Source of the DNA: Candidatus Sericytochromatia bacterium | GTDB lineage: Bacteria > Cyanobacteriota > Sericytochromatia > S15B-MN24 > VGJW01 | NCBI GenBank assembly: GCA_035285865.1 | Contig: JAYKHS010000028.1 | Location: 151,938 to 215,937, forward strand | Direction: 5' to 3' | DNA length: 64,000 nt | Part shown: piece after piece, positions 8,455-17,640 of the stretch | Numbering within the stretch: the first letter of the stretch is position 1 | Layout: the number at the start of each line of letters is the position of its first letter | Notes under the pieces: model-generated | What the model saw: the letters and a program-made list of their open reading frames with translations, nothing else | What the model was told of the DNA's origin: nothing | Databases searched by the model: none | Position numbers and translations under genes: made by a program

Positions 8455-10455
8455 TCACCGCAGGCGCTCCGGGCGTCGCGGCACGGGTGGGCCGTAAGCC
8501 AGCAGATCTCGCGGCACGGGTGGCCCCAGAGTCATCGCCGGTGCCGGCTTGTCCAGGCGGCCGACGGGCTTCGCTGGCGGCATGACGGGGAGTTGCGGCG
8601 CGAGGCGGTTGGCACTCTCCATCGGAGGCTCACCCAAGGGGACGTAGCGTCTGCGGAGGTCGCGGCCCTGCTGGGCCGCGAGCAAGAGACCGGCATCGGC
8701 CAGCCGTTGGCGCACGTCCCGTGTCAGGGCCGGGTGGACTCTTTCGAGACCTTCGAGAGCTTCGGCGAGGCTCTTGACGCGCGCAGCCAGCACGCTGGGC
8801 GACAGCTTGCCCGCGCTGCGCCTGAGGGCGGCGACCTCGGTCCGCATCACGCGAAGCGTCGCGCCCGTGATCCAGTCTCCGCTGCCGAGGCGTGCGAGGG
8901 GGAAGCCTTTCAGATATCCACGGTCGAGTTCGGCGAGGACGGCTTCGGAAGCCTTGCGGGGCTGCGTCAGGGGCAGGACGGCCCGGTTGCGGAAGGGGCC
9001 GAGCGCCAGGTCCGCCAGCAAGCCCCGAGGCGTGTGACCCAGCGAGAAGAACAGGACCCCGGACAGATTCTCGTCTCGGATGAACTGGATCTGCTCGAGC
9101 GTGTCCCCGAGCGTGTCATCCATGCGGTGCAGGCCCAGGATGGGCAGGAATTCGGCGGTGCGGCGCCCCTGGTCGGTTTCCTGCTTGATCCAGCGCCTCA
9201 GGTCCGCCAGATTGGAGGTGTAGAGCATGCTGGTGGTGACTTGGGTCCAGCCGTTGTCGGCCCAATGGCGCCAGTTCTGCAGCTTGCGCAGGCGTGCGTA
9301 GGCCTCGCCGCGGAAGGTCGAGACTGCCAGCGGGATAGGGCGGCGGCGATTGCGGCAGAGCTGGCCGATGTCCGCGACGAACTGGCTGACCTGAGCCTCG
9401 CGCCAGAGTTGGTAGTCCCGTCGCCGAGCTTCGTCCCCGAGTCCCGAGGGCGTCGGCGCCATGAAAGTGGACGGGCGGGCAAGGCCCAGGCGCTCCAACC
9501 GGAACTGGGTCCGGCTGGCGTCGTCGTCCGGCGTTTCCTCGTCGTAGCGGATGTAGTCCAGGAGGAGGCCATCGATGTCGTGGTTGTCCACGAGTTCCTT
9601 CAAGACCGTGCGCATGTAGGCGCGCGCGCCCGGCAAGGCGGGCGACAGGAAGCGGGGCTTCTGCGTCTGCTCGGTCCGGGATGCCAGGCCGGGCAGCAGG
9701 CCGAGGACGGGATTGCCGAAGTCTCGGGTCTCGTCATAGCTGCGCACGCGGAAGGACCAGACCCACGGCATCACGGCCATGCCGCACCGGTGGGCCTCGT
9801 CAATCATGATGGCGAGGACGTCCGGCTTGTCGCGGAAGGTGGCATCCCGCGCCAGGATGCGCGAGACGTGCACGGCGTAGCCGCGGCGGACGACCTCCGG
9901 GACCAGCAGGTTGAAGCCGGCCGCATCAAGTTCCTGAACCAGACGCCGCACGCCGGCCTCGTCCGCGGGAATGGCGTCAGCATCGAGCAGCATCCCTCGG
10001 GTCTCCACCGTCCGCGAAGGCATGAGCGCCAGACGCACGCCCTTCAGGTGGGTCCGGAAGGCATCGAACCGCTCCTGGACATCGGCTGCGGGAGCATCCT
10101 GATCCAGCAGCAGCGCGCCTTGCTCGAGTGACGACCGGGCCGCGAACAACTGCTGGCGTGCGGCGGGCAGCGCAATGTCGACGGCCATGGCCTCAGCGGT
10201 CCGGACACGTTTCTGGACAGCCTTCCACTGTTCGAGCAGCAACCCGTGCTCGAGGCGCATCTCGCTTTGCCGCGGGTTGCGCGGCGCTGGCGTGGCCAGC
10301 AGCGGCTGGATGTTCGGCGTGGCGGTCGGCTGTGGCACGGGGCGTTCGCCGCCGAACCACGGCAGACCGAGCAGGCTGCCTTGCGCGTCGGCCGGGAGAG
10401 TGCCCGCGGCAAGCAAGAGGGCCAAGGCAGCAGAGAGGGAGCGGAGCAGGCGCAT
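8455..10455 (-). CDS. Secreted glycoside hydrolase-like protein (GHL10/DUF187 family)
   Basis: Signal peptide; ETRGM, GFNLLVPEV, EAHRCGM-V-PW, LSPALP, DIDGLLLDYIRY and QNWRHW motifs. Confidence 0.75.
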   Translation of the reverse strand: MRLLRSLSAALALLLAAGTLPADAQGSLLGLPWFGGERPVPQPTATPNIQPLLATPAPRNPRQSEMRLEHGLLLEQWKAVQKRVRTAEAMAVDIALPAARQQLFAARSSLEQGALLLDQDAPAADVQERFDAFRTHLKGVRLALMPSRTVETRGMLLDADAIPADEAGVRRLVQELDAAGFNLLVPEVVRRGYAVHVSRILARDATFRDKPDVLAIMIDEAHRCGMAVMPWVWSFRVRSYDETRDFGNPVLGLLPGLASRTEQTQKPRFLSPALPGARAYMRTVLKELVDNHDIDGLLLDYIRYDEETPDDDASRTQFRLERLGLARPSTFMAPTPSGLGDEARRRDYQLWREAQVSQFVADIGQLCRNRRRPIPLAVSTFRGEAYARLRKLQNWRHWADNGWTQVTTSMLYTSNLADLRRWIKQETDQGRRTAEFLPILGLHRMDDTLGDTLEQIQFIRDENLSGVLFFSLGHTPRGLLADLALGPFRNRAVLPLTQPRKASEAVLAELDRGYLKGFPLARLGSGDWITGATLRVMRTEVAALRRSAGKLSPSVLAARVKSLAEALEGLERVHPALTRDVRQRLADAGLLLAAQQGRDLRRRYVPLGEPPMESANRLAPQLPVMPPAKPVGRLDKPAPAMTLGPPVPRDLLAYGPPVPRRPERLR

Positions 10456-10522
10456 CTGCTTGTCATGATGGCGGTGCCGGGGCGTGATTTCGGTTAGCCC
10501 TGACACCAACACGGTCGTCCGC

Positions 10523-11068
10523 TCAGGACTTGACGAGATGCTCCGGTTGCCCTGCGCGTCGGTTGACCTGCCGCGAAGCGACGAAGAGCCAGTCCGAGAG
10601 CCGGTTCACGTAGCGCAGCAGCCGGGGGTCCAGCTCCTCCTGGGCGTGGAGGCGCACCATGCAGCGCTCGGCTCGGCGGGCCACCGTGCGTGCGAGATGC
10701 AGCATCGATCCGGCCTTGCTGCCTCCTGGCAGGATGAAGTTCTGAAGTGCGGGCAACTCGGCTTCCATGCGATCGATCGAGGTCTCGAGTTCCTGGATCG
10801 CGGCTTCATCCATCTGCCAGCGCGCCTTCTGACCGCCCGACGGCGTGGCCAGCTCGGCACCCACGTCGAAGAGGACCCGCTGGGTTCGCAGCAGTTCGGA
10901 AGGCATGGCATCGTCGCCGGCCTCGAGGAACGCGAGGGCGGCACCCAGCATCGCGTTCAGCTCGTCGATGGTGCCGTAGGCCTCGACCCGCAGGTGGTCC
11001 TTGGCCACGCGGACACCACCCAGCAGGCCGGTGGTGCCGCCGTCACCGGTCTTCGTGTAGATCTTCAC
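10523..11068 (-). CDS. pduO: ATP:cob(I)alamin adenosyltransferase (PduO type)
   Basis: KIYTKTGDGGTT, EAYGTIDELN, FILPGG, ARTVARRAER and YVNRLSDWLF. Confidence 0.95.
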   Translation of the reverse strand: MKIYTKTGDGGTTGLLGGVRVAKDHLRVEAYGTIDELNAMLGAALAFLEAGDDAMPSELLRTQRVLFDVGAELATPSGGQKARWQMDEAAIQELETSIDRMEAELPALQNFILPGGSKAGSMLHLARTVARRAERCMVRLHAQEELDPRLLRYVNRLSDWLFVASRQVNRRAGQPEHLVKS

Positions 11069-11226
11069 CGCAAGGACCCCATCTACCGGTCGGGCCGGTG
11101 CGCTCAGGGTCGGGACAGATCCATGTTACGTCGTCAGAGGCCGCTTGGCCATGCGGGACCCCCCTACAGTCCGCCCCCCGGTCTGCCGATGGTCCATCGT
11201 CGGAGGGAGGACGGTTCTTGGGCGAC

Positions 11227-11820
11227 ATGTTGCCGGTCGGCAGGGCCAGAGGGAAATGCCTCGCGCTGGCGGTTCCGCGCATCGTCGCGGCGCAGCGTGC
11301 CCGTGCACGACGCCACGCGGATCGGGCCGTAGCCCAGGTTCGCCGCGGCGCGCATGAAGCGGCAGCTCGCTCGTGGCAGAAGGTGTTGCAGCAGGAGCCG
11401 TCCTCCTGTACCGCGTGGTTCGGGCTTGCCGTTTCCTTGCATGCCTGCGGGCAGCACCACGAGGCCATCGTGGCTTATGCGGGCCTGTTGGATCGGTCTC
11501 CGGACGATGTTCAGGCGTGGTTCAACCTCGGCTTCTGCTGGAAGCGCATCGGCGGCGTGGACCTCGCGCGGGAAGCATGGCAACGGGGTCTGGCACTGGC
11601 ACCCGACCGCGATGACATCTGGGAGATGCTGGGTTTGCTCGAGCTCGAGCATGGCACGGCGGCGCGTGCTCGGCGCGCCTTGGCCCGGGCTGTCGCCCTG
11701 AGGCCTCGCGACCCGGGCCTGCGCACATGGTTGGCCGAGGCATGCAGTCGTGCCGGAATGCCGGCAGCAGCCCAGCGGGCCGAGAGGGATTTTCAAGGCG
11801 TGCAGGCTGTGACCAGCTGA
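11227..11820 (+). CDS. TPR repeat protein
   Basis: Repeated AWFGLA / AWFNLG / IWEMLG helices with P-D turns. Start uncertain. Confidence 0.65.
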   Translation: MLPVGRARGKCLALAVPRIVAAQRARARRHADRAVAQVRRGAHEAAARSWQKVLQQEPSSCTAWFGLAVSLHACGQHHEAIVAYAGLLDRSPDDVQAWFNLGFCWKRIGGVDLAREAWQRGLALAPDRDDIWEMLGLLELEHGTAARARRALARAVALRPRDPGLRTWLAEACSRAGMPAAAQRAERDFQGVQAVTS

Positions 11821-13214
11821 CGCCCGAGGTCGGCCAGCGTCATTCGGGTGGGCAGCTCCATCCCGGTGGCGAGCACCGGCGTCCAGCTGTCGCAGGCGTG
11901 CAGCGAACCGTGATTGCCGAGGCCGAGCGGAGTGCCTGTCGTGAATTCCCAGCCGGGGGTCGCACTGGCCGCCAGGTCGGCGTGTGCGGTCCCGGTCCAG
12001 AGGCGCATGAGGGCCGCCGGGTATCGGCCTTCGGTGAGTTTCCGGCCTTCGCCGTGAAGGTCGAGGGCCTCAGGGTCACCGGACAGGTGCCACGCGTGAC
12101 CCCACGGGTCCCTGTGCTGGCCGCCCGGCCGGACGGTCAGCGTGCGCCCGCCCGTCACGTCTCGGATCTGCATCGAACCGTCCGCTTGGCGGCGTGCCAG
12201 GACCTCGATGCCTGCCATGGAGCCGAGTCGCTCCCACAGGATTTCGGCAGCGCGGCGACCGGCCGCCGTCGGCGCGTGCCAGGCCAGCAAGGCCCGGTCA
12301 TTCGGGGCAAGGGCCACGGGATGCCGGGTTCCGAAGCCTCCGCGACCGAAGGGAACCGGGTCCAGATCCCGGAAAATCCTGTCGGGTGCGAGGGCCTGTC
12401 TGCCTCCGCAGACCCGACTCTGGCCGTGATCGCCCACGATCAGCCAGCGCCATCGTGCGAGCGCGTGCTCTGGTCCGCCTGCAGCCCGAATCAGGCGGCC
12501 CAGTTGCCGATCGAGGCGTTCCCAGTGCGCGATGGAGGGTGGCGGCCCCTGACGATGGCTGGCCATGTCCGTGGCCGGCAAGTACACGACCACGAGTCCG
12601 TGCCGTGCTTCCCGCATCCAGCCTGCAGCCGTGGCTATGGCGAGGTCTTCGCCAGCGCGTCCAAGCCGCGGCATGGTCCAGTTCCGGAATCCGGGCGCGG
12701 TGAGGTCGGTCGGGCCCGAGATCGTCATGGGGCCGCGATACAGCAGCGGATCGAGCGGAAAGCGCAGTCGACCGACGTGCCTGATCGGGCCTCGCCGGAT
12801 GGGCAGGTTCGCAACGGCGCATCGGACGCCATGGTCCTCGAGCTGTTCGAACAGCGTCCGGACCCCCGGGTCCAGATGCCGGTCGTTGAGGTCCATCAGG
12901 ATGTCACGGGCCACGCGTCCCATGAGGCCGGCACGGGCCTGCTCCCAACTGGGCCAGTAGTGGACGTGTCGATCCTCCGCCCGGTGGTACCAGAGGATGC
13001 CGGGAATGCCGTGGCGGTCGGGCCAGTGGCCCGTGGCGAGGGTCGCGAGGGCGGTCGGCGTCACCCCGGGGAAGGTCGTCACGGCCACGCCGTGCTGGCC
13101 GTGATGGGCCAGCAGTGCCAGATGCGGCGTCCGATCGGGGCGCTCGTCCCACGGCCTCGGCCCGAAGGTGGACCAGCCGTCCAGCAGGATCAGTACGAGG
13201 GGACGCGGTTGCAC
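11793..13214 (-). CDS. Alkaline phosphatase superfamily / nucleotide pyrophosphatase-phosphodiesterase
   Basis: LILLDG, FPGVTPTALATLATG (Thr nucleophile), D-ASHRQG, GDHG and GNHGSL metal ligands. Confidence 0.85.
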   Translation of the reverse strand: MQPRPLVLILLDGWSTFGPRPWDERPDRTPHLALLAHHGQHGVAVTTFPGVTPTALATLATGHWPDRHGIPGILWYHRAEDRHVHYWPSWEQARAGLMGRVARDILMDLNDRHLDPGVRTLFEQLEDHGVRCAVANLPIRRGPIRHVGRLRFPLDPLLYRGPMTISGPTDLTAPGFRNWTMPRLGRAGEDLAIATAAGWMREARHGLVVVYLPATDMASHRQGPPPSIAHWERLDRQLGRLIRAAGGPEHALARWRWLIVGDHGQSRVCGGRQALAPDRIFRDLDPVPFGRGGFGTRHPVALAPNDRALLAWHAPTAAGRRAAEILWERLGSMAGIEVLARRQADGSMQIRDVTGGRTLTVRPGGQHRDPWGHAWHLSGDPEALDLHGEGRKLTEGRYPAALMRLWTGTAHADLAASATPGWEFTTGTPLGLGNHGSLHACDSWTPVLATGMELPTRMTLADLGRQLVTACTP

Positions 13215-13277
13215 GCCCTCCAGCGTGATGGCACGGGAGGCGCCGGAAAAGGAAGGATCCGGACGAAACGTGGGGGG

Positions 13278-13901
13278 CTATTCGCCCTTGAATTCCTGAT
13301 AGCCCTTCGGCATCGGATTGAAGGTGTCCGCGTTGAATCTGGGCGTCATGTCGATGCGCCGGATGTCCAGCCGGAAACCGTCCTTGCCCGAGGAGCCATC
13401 TACCCGCATCGGCAGCTGCAGGCGGTCCGACAGCCAGATTCGCGCCTGGCCATCCCGCACGGAGCGGGTCCAGATGGTGGTGGCTTCGCCGGCCAGCGTT
13501 TCCCCGGGGCCGACCTTGCGGCCTTCCTTGAGGAGAGCCTTGCGGAACCCGTCGGGATCCAGCAGTTGGTCGAAGCCGATGCCCGTCGGTGTTCCCGGCT
13601 GCCTCATCGCGGCTGGCGAGAGCTTCACCACGACCTTCTGGGCAGGGTCCAGCATGGCTACCTCGCGGTCTCCCTTGCGCACCACGAATACCGTCCGGGA
13701 GCCATCTCGGCCGGTGGCCTCGACGCGCAGGGAGCCTTGATGGAACGACAGCACGATGGCCTGCTCCTCGCGCTCGCCATCGAGCCTGTTTTCCAGTGTC
13801 CCTGTCGCCACGAAGGAACGGGGCATCGTGGCGGCCGGGCTCGGGAGGGCCAGGATGGCGATCAGGGCCAGCATCGTCAGGAATGGCTTCACGTAGGACA
13901 T
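13278..13901 (-). CDS. Secreted LolA-like/DUF4412-type protein
   Basis: Signal peptide; G-ETLAGE, IW-S-RLQLPMR and F-PMPKGYQEF pattern typical of LolA-fold proteins. Confidence 0.55.
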   Translation of the reverse strand: MSYVKPFLTMLALIAILALPSPAATMPRSFVATGTLENRLDGEREEQAIVLSFHQGSLRVEATGRDGSRTVFVVRKGDREVAMLDPAQKVVVKLSPAAMRQPGTPTGIGFDQLLDPDGFRKALLKEGRKVGPGETLAGEATTIWTRSVRDGQARIWLSDRLQLPMRVDGSSGKDGFRLDIRRIDMTPRFNADTFNPMPKGYQEFKGE

Positions 13902-13915
13902 GCCTCCATCCTACG

Positions 13916-15352
13916 CTACCAGTCCGGTGTCGTCTCCGAGGGGCCTTCGCCGGGCCGGGGCATGGTGCTGGCCGGTCGTGGCCGGCTGTCTCTGGCCAGG
14001 GCCGCAGCCAGGGTGCGTCGCGCCTCGGATGTTGCTTCGGTGCTGGCCTGCGGGGACTGCAGGTGTGCCTCGGCTACAGCCAGATTGTGGCGCGCATCGG
14101 CATCTCCGGGCTGCAGCGCGAGGCTCTGCCGAAAGGCCATGGCTGCTTCCTGCCAACGGCCGGATCGCCCTTCGACGATGCCGAGGTTGTAGGCGCACGA
14201 AGCCTTGAGACGGCGGGTGGCACCCGGCTGGCGAGCGGCCTGCACGAATTGCGTCCGTGCCTCGCTCAGGCGCCCCCTCGCGAGTTCGACGCAACCCAGG
14301 TCGTAGCGGGCCGCAGGATGCGGGTCCTGGCGTTTGAGGGCGCGTTGGTAATGCATTGCAGCCACTTCGGGTTCACCACGCTGCCAGGCCTCGTGACCGG
14401 CCCAGAGGTCGGGCCATGAGGCCCATGTGGAGCCCGAGAGCAGCACCGTTGCCAGCACTGCGGCGGCGGCCCGGCGTGCGGATGCCGTCGCCCGAAGCGG
14501 GATCCGCAGCCAGAGCATCAGGCAGGCCACCAGGGTCAGCAGGCGCAGCAGATCGGCCAGCGGCGCCGTCATCCGGGAGGCCGGGCGTGGCTTCTCCTGT
14601 ACGCCCATCGCTCTGCCCAAGGCGTCCGCCGCCGCGCTGTCCCGTCTGGTAAGGGCTGCGCGTGCCGCACTGGGGAAGGGGCCGCCGCCCGGTCCCGGCA
14701 CAGGCGCGGCGGCGCTGCTGCCCACCGTGAAGACCCGCACTGTGTCGAGATGCCTTGCGAGGGCACGGGCAGCCGGGCGTGCATCCGATCCGTGGAACTC
14801 CCCGTCCGTCACGAGCCAGAGACTGCCCTTTCCCTTGGTCGGCAGCGCGAGCCGTGCAAGGCTGAGCGCCGGGCCGGGTCGGCTGCCGCCGCCGAGCTCG
14901 GCCGGGGCCGGGGTCAGCGCTGCCAAGCTGCGGGCGAGGGCTTCCCGGTCCGGGGTGGGCGGCAGGGCCAGTGCAGCCCGGGTCGCGAAGACCACGAGAC
15001 CGATTTCACGGTTCTCACCTTCTTCCCCAAGGGCCTCCGCAAGGCGGGCGCGGGCCTCGTCGAGGCGCGTGGAACCGGCGCCGCCCTCGCCGTCCCGGGC
15101 CCCCATGGACCGCGACACATCCACGACGAGCATCAGCGGACCACGCGACGCGCTGCCTGCGCCGGGATTGCCGATTGCGACCGCCGCCATGGCGACTGCC
15201 GGCAGCAGCACGCCGAACATCTCGCGCCCACGCGGCAGGTCCGGCCCCTCCACACCCCACGCCTCAAGCGTCCGCTTGCGGTCACGGCCGTGCCAACGGG
15301 CCAGCAGCACCCCGGCGATCAGCAGGATGAGGGTCGCTGCCGAGGCCATCAT
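13916..15352 (-). CDS. VWA domain + TPR membrane protein (BatB-BatC-like fusion)
   Basis: MIDAS DVSRSM and VTDGE, then TM segments and TPRs (YDLG, AYNLG, ARHNLA). ATGA overlap with the upstream gene. Confidence 0.75.
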   Translation of the reverse strand: MMASAATLILLIAGVLLARWHGRDRKRTLEAWGVEGPDLPRGREMFGVLLPAVAMAAVAIGNPGAGSASRGPLMLVVDVSRSMGARDGEGGAGSTRLDEARARLAEALGEEGENREIGLVVFATRAALALPPTPDREALARSLAALTPAPAELGGGSRPGPALSLARLALPTKGKGSLWLVTDGEFHGSDARPAARALARHLDTVRVFTVGSSAAAPVPGPGGGPFPSAARAALTRRDSAAADALGRAMGVQEKPRPASRMTAPLADLLRLLTLVACLMLWLRIPLRATASARRAAAAVLATVLLSGSTWASWPDLWAGHEAWQRGEPEVAAMHYQRALKRQDPHPAARYDLGCVELARGRLSEARTQFVQAARQPGATRRLKASCAYNLGIVEGRSGRWQEAAMAFRQSLALQPGDADARHNLAVAEAHLQSPQASTEATSEARRTLAAALARDSRPRPASTMPRPGEGPSETTPDW

Positions 15353-16371
15353 GGGGTCCCGTCCGGCAGCTGCTGGGGCAGGCTGGCCACGGCCCCCGGG
15401 CCCCTGCGGATCCACAGGTCGGTGAAGAGCAGCAGGCTGGCGAGCAGCGTCAGGGCGCCAGTCAGGGGGTGTGGATTCCGGCGGCCGTTGCCGCCGGGCA
15501 GGCGCGAGCGGACCAGGGCATCCACGCGCCGGTAGGCCTCGCCCAGTCCGGCCGTGTCACCTGCACGGAAACTGGTGCCTCCGGTCCTGCGTGCCATCGC
15601 GACCAGGCCGTCGTGGTCCACTCGGGTCAGAAAGATCCTGCCATCCGGTCCGCGCGCCCAGCCAATCCGGCCGTTCGCTTCCCGCACGGGTACCGGAGCC
15701 CCTCCGTCCCGGCCGACCGCGACCGTATGGACCGTGATTCCCGAGGCGGCCGCCAGCTCTGCCGCCTGGCCCGGGAGCAGCTTGCCAGCGTTCGAGACGC
15801 CGTCCGTGAGCAGGATGACGGCCCGTGACCGCGTGCGGTCCGTGCCCAGGCGAGCGACGGCCACGGCCAGAGCGTCGCCGAGGGCCGTGCCATCTTCCGG
15901 AAGGTCCGCAGGGCTAGCCCGCTCGAGCGCCTCCTCGAGACCTGCGTGGTGGTGTGTCAGGGGGCAGGCCGTGAGGGTTCCCGCCCGGAAGAGGACGAGG
16001 CCGATGCGATCCTGCGGGTGTCGCCGGATGAACCCGCGCAGCACGGATCGGGCCGCGGCGAGTCGATCCGGCAGCAGGTCCCTGGCGGCCATCGAGCCGG
16101 ACATGTCGAGCACGAGCATGAGGTCTGCCGACGGCTTTTCGTCCGCATCCGAGGTCCAGTAGACCGGCCCGGCGAGGGCAATTGCGAGCAGTGCGAGGAC
16201 CGCGCTGCGCAGCCACGGGAGCCATCGGCGAGGGCCATCCCGTACTTTACCTGGCCATTCGTGGGTCGTGGGCAGAGGGATGGCCGGGTCGATCCGTGGC
16301 CTGCGAAGGACGGCGAGGGGCAGGATCGCGAGGGGCAGCAGCAACAACCATCCGGGTGCCAGCATCGTCAC
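15349..16371 (-). CDS. batA: BatA-like VWA domain protein
   Basis: N-terminal PGWLLLL (BatA domain), LALAGP, DMSGSM-A-D, DRIGLV, GTALGDAL, LLTDG and GITVHTV. Confidence 0.85.
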   Translation of the reverse strand: MTMLAPGWLLLLPLAILPLAVLRRPRIDPAIPLPTTHEWPGKVRDGPRRWLPWLRSAVLALLAIALAGPVYWTSDADEKPSADLMLVLDMSGSMAARDLLPDRLAAARSVLRGFIRRHPQDRIGLVLFRAGTLTACPLTHHHAGLEEALERASPADLPEDGTALGDALAVAVARLGTDRTRSRAVILLTDGVSNAGKLLPGQAAELAAASGITVHTVAVGRDGGAPVPVREANGRIGWARGPDGRIFLTRVDHDGLVAMARRTGGTSFRAGDTAGLGEAYRRVDALVRSRLPGGNGRRNPHPLTGALTLLASLLLFTDLWIRRGPGAVASLPQQLPDGTP

Positions 16372-16859
16372 GGTGCAGCGTTCCCGATCGCACGCACCAG
16401 GATCCTGACCCGTTCTTCAAGATGGCCAGGGGGTGGGCTCCACCCGGCGAAGCGAATCAGGTCGCAAGCCTCCAGGGTCTCCGCGAGGATGGCGCGGGTC
16501 GCGGGGTCGGCCTCGCGGGCGTCAAGCAGGGCCAGCAGCTCTTGAGTCGTCATGCGCTGGGCGGGAACCTGATGGAGCCTGGCCAGGTGTTCCCGGAGGG
16601 CCAAGTGGATCTGCTCCGTCGCGGCCAGCAGCTGGGGGCGCGAGATGCCGCTCAGGTTGCCCAGTCGGGCGAGGGTCCTGATGGGGTCACGCCGGCGGGC
16701 TTGCCGGTCCTTGCCGGTCGGTTGCCGAGGTTTCCTCCGCCACCAGAGGATCGCGGCCACCGTGACGAGCAGCGGGAGCGCCACCGCTGGCCACGGCAAG
16801 GCAGGATCGATGGGCGGCTTGGCCGGGCGCAGCCCGGTCGCATCGAGGGTGGCCTGCAC
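16368..16859 (-). CDS. Single-TM hypothetical protein of Bat operons (DUF4381-like)
   Basis: One TM helix followed by LREHL, MTTQELL and CDLIRFA, typical of the protein encoded upstream of batA. Confidence 0.55.
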   Translation of the reverse strand: MQATLDATGLRPAKPPIDPALPWPAVALPLLVTVAAILWWRRKPRQPTGKDRQARRRDPIRTLARLGNLSGISRPQLLAATEQIHLALREHLARLHQVPAQRMTTQELLALLDAREADPATRAILAETLEACDLIRFAGWSPPPGHLEERVRILVRAIGNAAP

Positions 16860-17483
16860 TCAGCCCGGGGGCAGGGGCAGTGGGGGCGGGGCGCCGTTGC
16901 CTTGCGGAACGACCCTGCCGGCACCGGCAGGCAGGACGGGCACGGCTTCGGGTGCGCCGCCGGGCATGCCGCCGGGCAGGCCCTCGAGCGGGTTGGCCTC
17001 AGCCGCAGGGACTTCTGCGGGGTGGTTCTCGGGGTGCTCGGCGATGTCCAGCCACATCTTGGCGTTGGCATCGTTCGGATTGATCTGCACGGCCTTCTTG
17101 AACGAGGCGACGGCATCGGCCGTACGGCCACTTTCGATCGCTTCGATGCCCTCGGTGCGGTAGTGGTCGAACAGCATGTTCTTGCGGGTTTGCTGCTCCA
17201 CCGCTTGTCCGTCCAGAGCGTCGGTTGCGGGCTTGGCGGCCTCTGCGGCGGCCTTGGCGGCGGCCTTGCGGGCCTTGGCCCGCAGACGCAGTCGATCAAG
17301 TTCAGGATTGCCCACCGGTGTGGCGGGCCCCAGCAGGGAGTTGGCCATGTCCTCGGGCAGGATGGCGCGCAAGGAATCGGTGACTGCCGTGCCAACACCG
17401 GCAAGCGGGCCAACGTCCCCGCAGCCCCCCAACGCCGGGGTGAGCAGCACGGCGAGCACGAACGGGCGGATGTCTGGTCTCAT
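16860..17483 (-). CDS. TPR-containing lipoprotein
   Basis: Lipobox LGGC; TPR AVASFKKAVQINPNDANAK; Pro-rich tail. Confidence 0.65.
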   Translation of the reverse strand: MRPDIRPFVLAVLLTPALGGCGDVGPLAGVGTAVTDSLRAILPEDMANSLLGPATPVGNPELDRLRLRAKARKAAAKAAAEAAKPATDALDGQAVEQQTRKNMLFDHYRTEGIEAIESGRTADAVASFKKAVQINPNDANAKMWLDIAEHPENHPAEVPAAEANPLEGLPGGMPGGAPEAVPVLPAGAGRVVPQGNGAPPPLPLPPG

Positions 17484-17640
17484 GGGCCGTCCGCTCCCTA
17501 CCCGGGGCGCGGGCGTGCCAAACCCGGCCCGGGACGGATGGGCCCCGCATGCTATGCTCCCTCCGGTCCTGCCGCGCTGTGAAGCTGCAGCCGGCGTGAG
17601 ACGTCCCGGTCGCTCCGGGTGCGGCGAAAGGTTGGCGGAC

